Made by a program: the position numbers and the translations under genes. Below, piece by piece: positions 1-12,637 of a DNA stretch of 64,000 nt. This DNA is from Amoebidium appalachense (taxonomy: Eukaryota; Protista; Ichthyosporea): contig CAVNZM010000002.1 in assembly GCA_963693365.1 (NCBI GenBank), positions 310,001 through 374,000 on the forward strand, written 5' to 3'. Positions within the stretch are counted from its first letter, which is position 1. Each line of letters begins with the position of its first letter. A model generated the notes under the pieces. That model was not told the origin of the DNA, did no database searches, and saw only the letters and a program-made list of their open reading frames with translations.

Positions 1-154
1 GAGGGGGGGGGGGGGGGGGGGGGGGGAGGAGGATCACAAGTGTTGGCTGTAACGTGTGGGTGACACTAAACCAAAAGGATAGTTTAAGATGCTGCAGTTG
101 ACCAAGGCACTCCGAGTGCACTGCCCTTGCTTGCTCTCTGTAAGGAATAAATAC

Positions 155-188
155 CTTCGGCTGCTGGTGGTGGTGACGCTTCTGCCAT
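155..188 (-). CDS. Probable first coding exon (MAEASPPPAAE) of a minus-strand gene that runs off the left edge
   Basis: On the minus strand, ccaacATGG is followed by a gaag|gtattt donor. An upstream cacacag acceptor and a promoter-like segment at 480-600 are present. No homology could be recognised. Confidence 0.3.
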
Positions 189-533
189 GTTGGTAAGTCT
201 CTGTGTGCTTGCCTACGTGTTTGTTACCAAGGCGGAACCCTATGAAAAGGCCGGCCCGAGGGTACCGGAGGAAGGGGAAGGCGTAGCGTTCAGTGGGTGA
301 GTGGGGTTGGCAGTAGTCAGGTAAACCCTCCACAGTGCCCGTGGGTAACGAGTATGTGCTGGGCTGCTGGGTTCGTGACACTTATATAAGCCTCCGTGAG
401 GACTATGCAGTCGTTGCACAGGTATCGGCGCTAACAGAGGTTCTTAGATGGTAACACCGTGTTAGAAGGGCCCACCGTGAAGAAGAGCCCTTCCGAAGGA
501 AATTTTGGCTTCACTGACTCGGGAGGACGCCTA

Positions 534-593
534 TTTCGCGCCAAAACCTGGGCGTAAACCAATCAACTCTGCTACAGTGACGTCACTCAGCCG
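534..593. promoter_or_regulatory. Promoter motif cluster: E2F-type site, CCAAT box and CRE/ATF palindrome
   Basis: TTTCGCGCCAAA at 534-545, ccaatc near 559 and AGTGACGTCACT near 577-588 lie in a CpG-containing, microsatellite-free segment. Confidence 0.4.
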
Positions 594-1560
594 GCCGGGT
601 TTCGCTTCTTCTTTTTTCTTTTTTTTTTGCCCCAACTTTTCAACGGACCGGACGGAGGGGGACAGGGAGAGTCACTGAACACCTGCCTCTCAGGCTGCAC
701 TTGAAAAATAGCGGCAGAATTAGTTCTCTTCTTGCGGCGGCTGCAAAGCACAGGTTGGACGTGGCAGGGCCAGCGCACGGGCAGGCTTGCACTCAGGCCA
801 TATTCCTATTTTCAAGTTTAGTTGTTCAAGTTATATTACAAAGGTGTGTGCAGGGCAAGACGAAGAGCTACACACACGCGTGAGAATAAAGAAAATGGTG
901 CCACGGCTAAGACCGCAGGCTACTACACTTGTTGGAATTCTTCTTGATTTTGCACACACGTGCACCAACTTGAGGCACCGGTGTGTCGGCCTGTGGCACG
1001 GTTGGCGGTACCTGTGACTCGTGTGTGGGTGGGGAAGAACTTTGGGGGAGGGAGGGGGGAGGAGGAAGAGGGGGGAGGGGGGAGGGGGGGGGGGGGGGGG
1101 GAGCTCGAGGATGTGCAAGGGGAGGGGGAGCATATGCCACCCAGTACAGCAGGCTGCCATCAAATACACCGAGACTAACCACGTTTTTATTGCCAAGGAC
1201 TTTTTCCTCGACCCTGTCCCCCATCTGGTATTTTAACATCAGGTTAGGTGGTATAGCACTAGTCTGTCGTCAGACTTGCTGTAATTTTCTGCACACAACC
1301 AACAGCTACCATCGCAACTACTGCGGTAAGTGTTCACTCATCGGGGCGTGGCATTTGAAACTTAGTGCTGAAAATCGTTTAACATTATGTGCCACAGGCT
1401 GAGCTATGATTTTAACTATTTCTATTACTCGACCATAAATATCAAGTTTCGATACGTGTACCCAAACAAGTTGTATACATTAACTTGTTACCCAGCAGTG
1501 CCCCGCTTTAAAAAACAACTCTTCACTCACCACCCTTTACATGTTCACCACACAGACCAC

Positions 1561-2580
1561 TCAGCGCCTTTCCTGCAACGTGTGTGACGACTCAGTGATG
1601 GTGTCAATGGCATCGGCCTCCAGCTCACCCCCAAACGATTCGTACTCCTTCTGAATCTTTTGCTGTCTTCTCTTCTCCGAGCGTGTTATGAACCACACAA
1701 TACCGAGTAGCGCAGCCGCACCCGCCAGTGACCCGCAGACAATAGCCGCCAAGTGGCCGCCTTCGTTGGGCTGCCCCGTGTATGCCTCGTTTGGTGCCTG
1801 TGACGTGGTGGCGGCTGAGCTCAGCTCAGCAGGTGCCGTGGCCCCCGCCTGCTCCGTGTGTGCAGCCACCGTGCTCGGTGTGGCCTCCTCCGCCACGGCC
1901 GAGCCCTCTCCGGCCGCCTCACCCACTGCCGTTGCTGCTGGGGCTGCTTCCGAGGGTGCCGCTGCCGCGGGCGTCTCAGCAGGGGCTGCAGGTGCCGCCC
2001 CTGTAGGGGTTGGGGTGGCCTCTGCTGCGCTGGGGGTTTTCTCTGGGGGTGCGGCAGCCACTGGTGGGGCAGCGTCGACGGCAGGGGCAGCCGCGGCCGT
2101 TGTTGCCGCTGCGGCCTCGGCCCCAGCAGTGGCTGCCTGGGCCTCGACGGGAAATGCCCGTGCCTGTGCCAGGCCTGCAGGGGCTGTTTCAGCCGCAGTC
2201 GCGGCTGGCCAAGCTTCGGTGGCTGCGGCCGTTGTCTGTATCGGGGCCGTGCCGGCTGCGGCCGTGTTGGGAGCCGTTGCGGCAGTGGCAGCTGCCGTTG
2301 CAGCCTCAGCGCCGGCGGTGGCTGCTGTGGTGGCTGCCTGCGCCTCTATCTGTGCCTGTGCATCGTCTGCGGCCGCTGTTTCCGCAGCACTTGCGGCAGT
2401 TGTGGCCGGCAAGGAGGCTGTGGCCGCAGCGGTTGTTGTCTGCGCCGGGGCGGTCGCGGCTGCGGCCGTGTTGGCAGTCGTCGCGACCGCCTCGGTGGCA
2501 ATTGCAGGCCCAGTGCCTGCAGGGGCCGCAACAACGCCCGTGCAAATGGCCGCGCCAAGCAAAAGCCAGGCGCCTTTCAT
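1561..2580 (-). CDS. Ala/Thr/Pro-rich (mucin-like) single-pass type I membrane protein, intronless, 339 aa
   Basis: Signal peptide MKGAWLLLGAAICTGVVA, a low-complexity internally repeated ectodomain, one transmembrane helix (LAAIVCGSLAGAAALLGIVWFI) followed by basic residues RSEKRR, and a short acidic tail. Confidence 0.8.
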   Translation of the reverse strand: MKGAWLLLGAAICTGVVAAPAGTGPAIATEAVATTANTAAAATAPAQTTTAAATASLPATTAASAAETAAADDAQAQIEAQAATTAATAGAEAATAAATAATAPNTAAAGTAPIQTTAAATEAWPAATAAETAPAGLAQARAFPVEAQAATAGAEAAAATTAAAAPAVDAAPPVAAAPPEKTPSAAEATPTPTGAAPAAPAETPAAAAPSEAAPAATAVGEAAGEGSAVAEEATPSTVAAHTEQAGATAPAELSSAATTSQAPNEAYTGQPNEGGHLAAIVCGSLAGAAALLGIVWFITRSEKRRQQKIQKEYESFGGELEADAIDTITESSHTLQERR

Positions 2581-3727
2581 TTTCCGTTTGAACGCTGGAG
2601 GTTATACGCAGGAGGCCTTGTGGCTATGCTATATGCCTATCTATATTCACTGTTAACCTGCCACCGTCCGTTCAGTCGCTCAGCTACGTATACACACGTG
2701 GGTAGGACAAGTGGGTTGTGCGTGTGTGTGTGTGTGAAGGGACCCAGGAGGTTTTATGACTTGCCTGGCTTTTTTTGTCCGGAGTCACCAAACCTGGCTA
2801 TTTGCGGGGGAAAAAAACAGCCGCGCATACCAGGATCTAGAGTATTCGCCAATCAGATTTCACTTTCAGTACGGTGCACCATACCTGCTCACGGAGCAAA
2901 ATTCCATCGCATGAGGCGTCCAATCAGCGTTGGGCTTTCTTCACAGCCTATCTGTATTCCCCCTTGACTGTAGATTGTTTTTGGAGGTTTTATGCAGATT
3001 TTTTTTATAATGACTTTATTGATATGCTCAGCAAAATAGAAGCCATCGAGATATCACCGATATATCGGAGAAGAAAATACAAAAGCCCTCACTCTCGGAT
3101 ACGGAGGAGATAACGACTTAAATAATCATACACCCTAGAAAACTCGTTAAACATACCGTGGTTCAACAGATAGTCAATAGACGTAATATCAGGATTATCT
3201 AAATAAGCCAGTCTTCTAATTTCTAACGGAATAATCTGAGATAAATAAATACATCTATCTGAGCATTATGCAGATTCAACACGTGAAAAAGCAAGGCTCG
3301 TATCAGCTCGGAAGTCCTCAACGAACACGATTCGAAGATAAAGAACTGCAGAATTTAGAGATGATAAAGCTAAAACTTGATAAGACATTTTTTATTTATG
3401 CAGCACGCTGCTGGTTGGGAAGTATATTTGGTCATGAACACACGAACATAGGTGTTCGTGTGGGCAGTGGTTGAGCCCCAAATCAGAGGAGAACTCCGCG
3501 TGAACAGCCGGCTGGGAAATGTCGTTTGGCATGATTTGTCTTGAAATTTACAGATTTGAACATACCACTTCATGCATTTTCATCACTGCCGGTGGGCTGA
3601 TAGGGTCTTCCTAAACTGCCAGAAGAAAGTTGAACCCACTGAAGAAATTTTTTTTTTCTTTTGACTCGGTTTTATTGATCCGTTGATGAAGGCATGCGCA
3701 ACGTGCAGCCACAGGCTACATAATCAA

Positions 3728-3881
3728 GAGTCATATACCGAGGTCAGCTGCCGAAATCAGAGTTCACAGGCCGAGTCGGGTGGGTTCATGACCGACGCAC
3801 CGAAGGTGCGGAGGTCATGAACCCACCCGACGAGGCCTGTGAACTCTGATGGAGGCAAGCTGACCGAGGTAAATATGACTC
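3728..3881. repeat. 154-bp interrupted palindrome (hairpin) with a GAA loop and regularly spaced GA/GA mismatches; likely part of a non-autonomous DNA element
   Basis: Arms gagtcatat...cgcacc and ggtgcg...atatgactc pair around GAA at 3802-3804. Most interruptions are tandem GA opposite GA. Confidence 0.8.
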
Positions 3882-4596
3882 GGTTTGTACGCGAGAACTC
3901 GCTTAGTCTACTGTATTTATTTGCATAATCCAGAACCAGTCTTGTTTACATAGTCACTAAAAATATTATTTGTGAAGTGTTGTATATTTAATTTTCCTTA
4001 TTATCCTGCTGGGTTTCAAAAGGCTGATTTACTTAAATATTGATGTTTCTATGTACGGTGGCACCCCGGAAAAAATCCGTAGCAGCCTGCAGTGCTGCAT
4101 TCATTGATGTTTGATTGGTAGTTCTTTTCTCGATTTGATTGGTTGTCTGTGGAATGCAAACATTCGTGTGATTGGTCACCGGGCAAGTACATGTGTACCT
4201 CCTGCAGTGCACTGTCAACTGTGATGGTTCGATTTGTTGCTCCTGTATTTGTCAACGCCCTGCTTTTGGTCGGCAGATTTCAGAATTTTGTTGGTAACGC
4301 CTTCGGAGAGGACGATTGGGGCGGCGCGCTTCTGAGCCATTGTGGTGTTGTGGTGTGAGAAAGGAATTTGAGTGCTCGTAGTTTTTATGATGCAGACTGA
4401 ATGCCATTTTGCCCCTTTATATGCTAGCTTCCGAAACACGCCGTGGTGATTTGCGGATCAGTTTTTAACATGTTCTCGATTGTGATTGGACAATCTCAAC
4501 GCAGTCGAGCGGGTATATAAAGCGCAAACACAGTCAGTTTGTCAGTTTGGACACATCGCCAATAGTCTAGTGCGATGGGTTTTTAGAAAATTTGTC

Positions 4597-4673
4597 GAGG
4601 TCGCATGGAAACCGGGAGGATGGGGGGAAACCAGCTGGTTTCTACCCACCCTCCCTGGTTTCCATGCGACCTC
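4597..4673. repeat. 77-bp near-perfect palindrome
   Basis: gaggtcgcatggaaacc...ggtttccatgcgacctc, centred on ccagctgg. Confidence 0.85.
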
Positions 4674-6069
4674 ATCTGAATAAACTGAAGTTCATTTAGC
4701 AACCTCCCAATACATGAACCCCACGACCAAGCGTACAAACCACCAATAGAACTGAAAAAGCCAAAGCTACGAAATAAAAATAAAGCGACAAGTGACAAAG
4801 GACACCAGCGGGCAAAACCTTAAGTGTACGTGTATGCGTGAAACTAGTTTGCTAGCAACTAGTCATATGCATCGATGTTGACCAGACCACACTCCGCAAG
4901 AAGACATCATTACTGCTGCTTCCCAACAGGCCCCCCTCAAAACCTACCGAGGCACAGCAAGCAAGTCAGCCTCTAAAAGAGCAATGCAGACCAAATCTGA
5001 GCTAAAAAACAATCCCAACGGGCCCGGCCCCTAGATAACCCGGAGAAACTAGTACTGCATCTAGCTCTCTGATAAGGTGGCCTAGTTGTGGCAGGGCACA
5101 CAGAAAAACACAATTACAGAATGCATGCAAGCAAACCCGGTCATTGCCATACGACTGGACGCTAAGGACTGGCAGTCACTTGGAAAGCTCCCCGACGACC
5201 AAGTAGCCGCCCCTCCACTCACGCAGCGCAGAAGTAGCTGAAGAAGTTGCAGCAGCCCACCGCGCGCCAAATGGTCGCGTAGAAGCGTAGACAGCAATGT
5301 AGAAGTTACCATAGGTTGCAGTGGACCACCAGGCGTTGAAGAAACCACTTCTCAAGCGAGAAACTCCGCGAAAGGGAGATGCCCCCACACTCTCACAGCA
5401 GTAGGAATACACCAGGCCACACCACACACATGCTGCAGTCACTTTCCCTGAGTGGGACTCCCTCCCACCACAAAAAGAAGAAACGAAGGCCTTTATATAC
5501 CTGCCATGGTGAAGAATCGGAAAAGAGAATTTTTTTCTATTGATTGGATCTTCAAGTGCTTGGTCGGTGTTAAGGCTCCTTGAAAGCGTCTCAAAGATTA
5601 AAAACATTACATTATTTAGCATATGTATGTGCAAAAATATTATTTGAATGAAATCGTAGGAGTTAGATTTTGTAGGCCTACCTTCCTTGCACATCTGTGA
5701 GTGGCACTACATTACATACAATATATATATAGCTACATAAAAATTTCAAAGCTTCTTGCTATAAACCCCAACAGAGTTCATCTAGGAGTTCGTAGATCTT
5801 TCCCGTGAGTCGTGAGTCAGTGACGCACCAAGACGGCACTCAAAGTGAGTTGACTGAGTCTGAAGTTCGTTTCAACAGTTTGGGATTTGCTAGAGCTGTG
5901 CCCATTTCACCTACACTTCATTCAGGAGGAGAAAAGGTTAGATCTTATTCAAAAGCCAAACCTTTTGGCAGTTTGAAGCAATAGTTATTTTGCTCGAGTT
6001 AAGAAAAACCAATAGAACAGGAGGGCACAAAACCAAAAAGGCCCAACACGATCTTTATTTTTCTCCCCA

Positions 6070-6576
6070 ATGTTGAGAAAGTTTAGCGGCGTAGTGCCCA
6101 CCAAGCAGGTGAACTCTCTGGCCAAAAAGACAATGCCTGAGGTGATTGGTTTGCGTAAAAGGATACGCCAGGCACATGACCTGAAGGGGGAGGAGAAGCA
6201 GCTTATGGAGAGGCTACAGAATGCTCTGGACGCTGTACACCGTGCTTTGAGGGAGAATGTACCGCCAGAGGGGGTTACCATGGAGAAAGTGAAGCGTTTA
6301 AAGGTGCAACTGGATGAACTCGATGACGTGGTGGACAAACAAAACACCTTCAACAAGTGGGACAGGAGTATGTATCGAGACATAAACGAAAAGATCAAAA
6401 AATGTACTGATTTGTGTCTGGAGATACGGAGGGAGATAGAGGACATGGACCATATTTTGGACGCTGTGCGGCCGGGGAGTGTGGATATGGACGAGGGGAG
6501 GTGGGAAAACATGCAGCCAAAACCGGCAAAGAAGACAGAGTCGACTCCGATACCTTTCCAGCGAATGGGGGTGTAA
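6070..6576 (+). CDS. Hypothetical helical/coiled-coil protein, 168 aa, single exon
   Basis: Non-repetitive ORF with charged heptad-like composition and a basic N-terminus (possible mitochondrial presequence). It follows a promoter-like segment at 5800-5870. Confidence 0.6.
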   Translation: MLRKFSGVVPTKQVNSLAKKTMPEVIGLRKRIRQAHDLKGEEKQLMERLQNALDAVHRALRENVPPEGVTMEKVKRLKVQLDELDDVVDKQNTFNKWDRSMYRDINEKIKKCTDLCLEIRREIEDMDHILDAVRPGSVDMDEGRWENMQPKPAKKTESTPIPFQRMGV

Positions 6577-7221
6577 GGGGAGGGGGTTGAATACTTCCTG
6601 GGGTAGGGGTGGAGAGGGGGAGTTGAGTTGGGCTGAATGGTGACAAATACGAAGAGGGGGGGAGGGGGGGGGGGGGGGAGGGGGGTGCTGCTACTTCAGG
6701 TACTTATTTTGAATGAGATGTACGGATACACACACGGACTGATAAGCTTTGAGAAATGGACTTTCCGCACGTGTGTACAACTTCCACACTGCATTCTCTG
6801 ATTGCAAACGTTGATTTGATTGTTTTGATCAAGTTTTTAGGCCGCTATGATTTTTTCTTCTTGACTGCATACTTATTTACTCAACTGATACTAACATCTG
6901 TGTATGTCCTTGGGTTTTCCCCCTTCATTTCTCTCCACTACCTTTTGTAGATGTGTAATTCTGGCAGGACCCAAAGGGAAACCCGAGAGTGCCTAACTGC
7001 TTCTGTATAATATTTTGTATTTGGTGGCGAGTTTTTGCTGCTGTCTGTATATCCCCCCCCAAAAAAAAGATAACTAGCACTTCGTATCAAGGTCACTAAT
7101 ACATGGGTATCGTTATTTCTGTGGTCGTATGAGTAAACATAACTTCATGTACTCTTTCGCCCTTTTGACCAATATGAAAAAATACGTCCTCTCATCCGTT
7201 CATCTTCGTCTCCAGTTTCCG

Positions 7222-7256
<35 letters not shown>

Positions 7257-8158
7257 ACCCCCGGGCGCCTCCTGCGCTTTTCCAGTAATAGACAAGCACA
7301 ATTCACATATCCAACTACTATGGGTAGCAGGCTTTTTTGTGATGTGACAAGATTGAATGCTGTGCAGGGCAGATCGTGGTAGACCGTGACAAAACTTACC
7401 CTTGCTGCAAACCCTTTTTCAGCGCATGCACACACACTCTCTCTCTCCGAAGGCTTTCATGATTCCCCCCGTCTCCCCCCCCCCCCTCCCCCCCCCCCCT
7501 CTTCCCACCTCGGGACCCACATGAAAGCAGACTACAACACGAACACGAACACAAGCACTAACACGAACACGAACTATTTACTATTTCGGGTATAAGTCCA
7601 TGGCGTGTGAGGCCGTTAAACCTTACACAGAACTCAAGTCTGATGTTTGCTGACCGTGGCAGTGGCTCCAAGTGGGACGGTCATATATTTGTGTTCCTTC
7701 TGCCTTGACTGGCTTTTGGGATACCTTGTAGTTGTGTGAGCACTCTTGGGTGCGGCATTCTGGCCAGGAGAGTCTGAAGATGGGACAAGGTATGTTTGTG
7801 GCTCAAGCTCGACCTGTCTATAGCAAATTCATACACTGACACGGAAGAAGCTGTACACGGAGTCTCCTTTTTGCACACCTCAACCCCCGCCCCTCCTTTT
7901 TGCACACCTCAACCCCCGCCCCTCCCCTCCCAAAACACACACACCAAAAAATAAGGAAAACATAGACACAACTGACACAGTCCCACCGTACCCTAGGGCA
8001 GTGCACATATGTGCCAACATACACACAACATGTCTTGGAGGAAAAAACATAGAGTCGGTAGAGCAAAAGGAGCCCATTGGAATGCACTTGCACACAGGAC
8101 GGGTATAGTTGGAGGATGGAGGTTGGCGGTGGGGGCAGCTGTGGGAAAAGGGAGGGAA

Positions 8159-8191
<33 letters not shown>

Positions 8192-9401
8192 ACAAGGGGC
8201 TGTGGACCCTGAGATTCCTTTCATCACAAACTAGCAGTGTTGAGAGAGATAACATTTTTACTCCAGGCAGCTCGAGCTAGACACCACAAACCACCAGCCC
8301 CAACCAGGAGCAGGCAACCCCTGTGCCCGTCTCAGCACGAACCAAGGGGGCCAGTGATGGGTGGAACAACAACGACCCGGGCTACTTCCACAACACTCGG
8401 CTCGGCCCGGGAAGGCACAGCGGAGGAACTGACCCGGACGTCACATCTACAGAGACACACACGACGGACGCAGGAATTGTGGCAGCTGCTATCACTACTT
8501 CAACGCAAAGAACGGGGGGGGATGTGCACACTGTGGCCAGAGCTGAAAGCTGTGTGTAATGATGAAGAGGGAAAGTGAAGTGTGAAGGGTATGGCGACAA
8601 TGGAGTCCTCATGGTGAATAGGGTAGGAGGCCGTGGGCAGTGAAGAAGTGGAAAGAGGAAGGGGGAGGAGGGGGGGGGGGGGGGGGGGGGGGGGAGGGGG
8701 GGGAGGGGGGGGGGGAGCAGGGCCGGCGCCACAGTTGCAATCAACCACAGTTCAAACTTGCTGTATTCGTCGCAGCACAGCGGGTGTAGTGCATCTTGGT
8801 ACACCATGGTCCGACTTGTCCTGTTTTGGAGCTGAGTTTACTGCCTATGGAATAGCTTGAACAATATACTACTGCCCCGAGAAGAACTTCATTTTTTACA
8901 AAACGTACATGTGCATTGTGTGTCTGTGAACATGTGCACATGGTAGATCTTGGCAACTGGGTGTGCACGCCCGTGTGCAGCAGTAATTGTGCGTGCCTTT
9001 AACGGTAGGTTGAGAGGCCTATGTTTTCTCAGTACGCTGATGGACGTGCGTGTGTGCGTGTGTGTGCCTGCGCGTGTGCGTGTAAGTTGCGAAAGAAAGG
9101 CAAGTTGTTCTGTTCAACCTTGTTCTTGCACCCGCTGCCGCAGCGCAGCCCTTAAAGGATGCTTACATACAGCAACGTTTCAAAGCCTCGATTACAACGC
9201 ATCAACACCATATATGGGTATTTATAAGCTGTGGTATGTGAGGTTGCGTTAACAGCGATTTCGTGTTGTCATGATCACACGTGACCGTTCGTGCCAGACT
9301 CGCACACACACACTCGTACATAGCTAGTTAGGCACAGGCGTTTTCTCCTTTTCTCTGCTACTTTCTTAGCATCCGCCAGCAGTATAACAAGCACAAGCAC
9401 A

Positions 9402-10167
9402 ATGGCGGCGCAAACAGCGGACGCGCCTGTGACCACCCTTCTGGGTATGTGCAAAAAACATGACGTTCGTGTGAGAGGACACCAGAAGTGGGGAATAAGG
9501 GAGCATGGGGAAAAACGGAGATATATCACAAGCATCATGGGCAGGAAACGGACATTTATTTGAATGAATGTCACGGGACAGCTTTCCATACCATATAAAA
9601 GGGGCAACTTTCTCTAGAACATGTGTGTCGCGTCATGTTCTGGTGCTCGGATCAAACATGAACAGAACCTGCAAACGGATCTCTTATGTAGCGTTAGAAT
9701 GGAACCACGAACGGTGCGTGTGCGCTCTCTGGCACAGAGGCCACGCGCACTTGCCGACACATAGCATAGGACTTATATGCACCTGCACATAAATCTGTTC
9801 TCCACTTGGGCGCAGTGTCCTCTACCCGTGTTGTGCCCTTCCGCCCTCCTCCTCCCCCCCCCCCCCCCCCACCGCGCGCGCCTCTTCCTCCCTTCCCTCC
9901 AATTGCTTCCTCCCCCCCCCCTCCCCTCCCCCCCCTTCCCAAGCCACCCCCTCTCTTTCCCTTGCCCTGGAAGAAACTAAAAAAAGAAGAAAAGAAACAA
10001 GCAAGGAAGAACAAGGTAACAAGCAAACAGGTATACTGCCTGCTTTTACCCCCCAGCCCCTCACACGTCTACCCTTTCCAGTGCGCAGCAACACGGGGTT
10101 GAGTTTGGAGCAGGGCCCCCCTGTGCTGGCTACAGCTGCTGAGTTTCCACAGTATGTGTGTGTGTGT

Positions 10168-10203
<36 letters not shown>

Positions 10204-10392
10204 TGCGCCTGTGCGTGTGGGGTGTAGGGGGTGGGTTTTGTGGAGTGGGTGGGTGATTGTGGGTTTGGGTGTGTCCGTGTATCGCTCTCTCTGTGTGTGT
10301 ATGTGCCCACGTGCCTGGCTGTATGTGTGTGCTCTGGAGGGGAAGGGGGGGGTGGTTAGGTGTGTGTTTTTGTAGAAGCGGCAGGGAAGTGT

Positions 10393-10423
<31 letters not shown>

Positions 10424-10515
10424 GGGGGGGGGGGGGCTCTGTAGTAGCTGTGGTGATGGGGGAGGGGGGAAGGGGGGAGGTAGAACAGTGTAATTTGTGG
10501 CTGTGTGTGTGTGTC

Positions 10516-10546
<31 letters not shown>

Positions 10547-10866
10547 GCGTGTTGTGACTTCGTTCATTTCTATTTTTGGGGAGGGGGGGGGGGGGCGGGA
10601 TGGGGAGGAGGGGGGAGGGGGAAAGGGGGGGGGGGGGGGGGATGGGGATGGTTAGGGAGGAATGCTGTCACGTTTTGATAAGAGAACTGTGGGGTTTTTA
10701 TGCACTGTGAGGGTGGGGTAGGTTGAGGTTTGTCCCCTCATTGCTATTGCATGGGGTATCTGTGCTCTCTGTGACCCAGAGGGCCAGAAGTATTATCAAT
10801 CCGGTGTATTCCTGATGCATGGGACTCACACACACAATCACACACGCACGCGCACACACACACACC

Positions 10867-10902
<36 letters not shown>

Positions 10903-11884
10903 GTGCCCAGTGGTGTGCGCACTACCCGCTACAGCAATGATGGTTCCCTTCTGGCCTGGGCCACAAGCCAAACGTTTGTGCCAACCCTCCCCCCCCCCCC
11001 CCCCGGCCAACCCTTTCTACGCACCCCTCCTGGCCAAACCCCCCCCCCCCCCCCCGGGGGGGGCAACCCCACCCTACACATACACTAAACCACCCGCCCG
11101 TCCACATGCACAGCACCAAACCGTACACAAAGCCCCCCTACCCATCATCGTGTCTTCCCCATGCACAACTTCACACAACCTTTCACGCACCAACAAAAGT
11201 GTGCGAGCTGTAGCAACATCAGCGGGTAGAACGGGGTAAGATCATGTTTTGTAAACGAAGAAGGAGGGGCGTGTCAGTGGTTGGGTAGACGAAGGGGCGG
11301 GTTGGGAGAGCGGGGGAGATAGAGGAAACCATAGGTATGACATATAAATGGAAGGGGAGGGGGGGGGGAGAGGTTGAAATGGAGACCGTTCAGGGGGGGG
11401 GGGGGGGAGGGGGGGGTGGCAAAAGGGTAACGTGAAAACAATATTGAACAGATGCAGTGGTGGTGTTTGGGATGGTTGGCTTGGCATGTGTGTGTCTGTG
11501 CATGGTTCACCAGGTTCCAAGGGGTGGGGGCGCTTGTGTGTGTGTCTATGTGTGTGTGTGGGGGGGGGGGGGGGGGGGGTTAGAGATATTATACTACGGC
11601 AACCTTGCCGAGGCATGGGGTCCCTTGTTCTGGCCTCTGTTTTTCAGGGCAAGGTGTGTGGAAGGGATGTCCTCTCTTGCTCATTGGTTGCACCATGGTG
11701 CTATACACAACCACCCTCTTTGCAAAAGTCGGGAATTTTATGTATTCCGTAACACCCTTCCCTCCCCCTCTTCCCCCCCTCCTTGCTTCTCTTTATTTGG
11801 TAGTCGCTCTCCCCGCACAAAATGTGCGTGTATGTACACACATACACACACACACACACACCAACAGACAGGCAGATGCGCGTG

Positions 11885-11976
<92 letters not shown>

Positions 11977-12149
11977 GTAACTGTGGTGGAGGTAGCGACA
12001 TGGAAGACCATTCAGACTGTCGACCACCCGAACGTTATGAAGGTTTTCTTTTCGCCCAAAAACACACAACTTGTTACTTTCTCCCGCTACCAAAGTGTGT
12101 GACTTCCTCCCTCCCGTCCCACTCCCCCCCCCCCCCCCCCCCCCCTTTC

Positions 12150-12230
<81 letters not shown>

Positions 12231-12283
12231 CACGCGCACACACATGACCCTCCCCACGTCACACACACAAACACACACACACA

Positions 12284-12316
<33 letters not shown>

Positions 12317-12595
12317 CCCCCCCCCCCCCCCCCCCCCCCCTCTCCATACTCCCTTTCCCCTCCTGCCTCCCTTTCCCCCGCCCCCTCTTCCCCCACACCA
12401 TCATGTCATTTTTTGCTTGGGCTTGTCTAACGTTCAACCATTCTGCTCCATGTTGTCGGCCACCCCCCCCCCCCCCCCCCCCCCCCCTTCCCGCCCGCCC
12501 TCCCCGGGGTCGGAACATGCACGACTTCACCACACATGTGCCCTGCACACACACGTGCACACACATACACACTCTTGTCTCTCTCTCTCTCTCCA

Positions 12596-12637
<42 letters not shown>

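Noticed and set aside
1688-2967. Long + strand ORFs overlapping the membrane-protein gene
   Set aside because: Antisense shadows of a GC-rich repetitive CDS. Only the minus frame has signal peptide plus transmembrane architecture.
4860-5700. ORFs 5082-5348 and 5176-5694
   Set aside because: No domain motifs or consistent splice structure; possibly degenerate sequence.
7680-8580. Possible spliced + strand exons (aag|gtatgt at ~7788; ccag| at ~8266)
   Set aside because: The joined frames stop early and show no recognisable protein. This could be UTR or non-coding RNA but cannot be supported.
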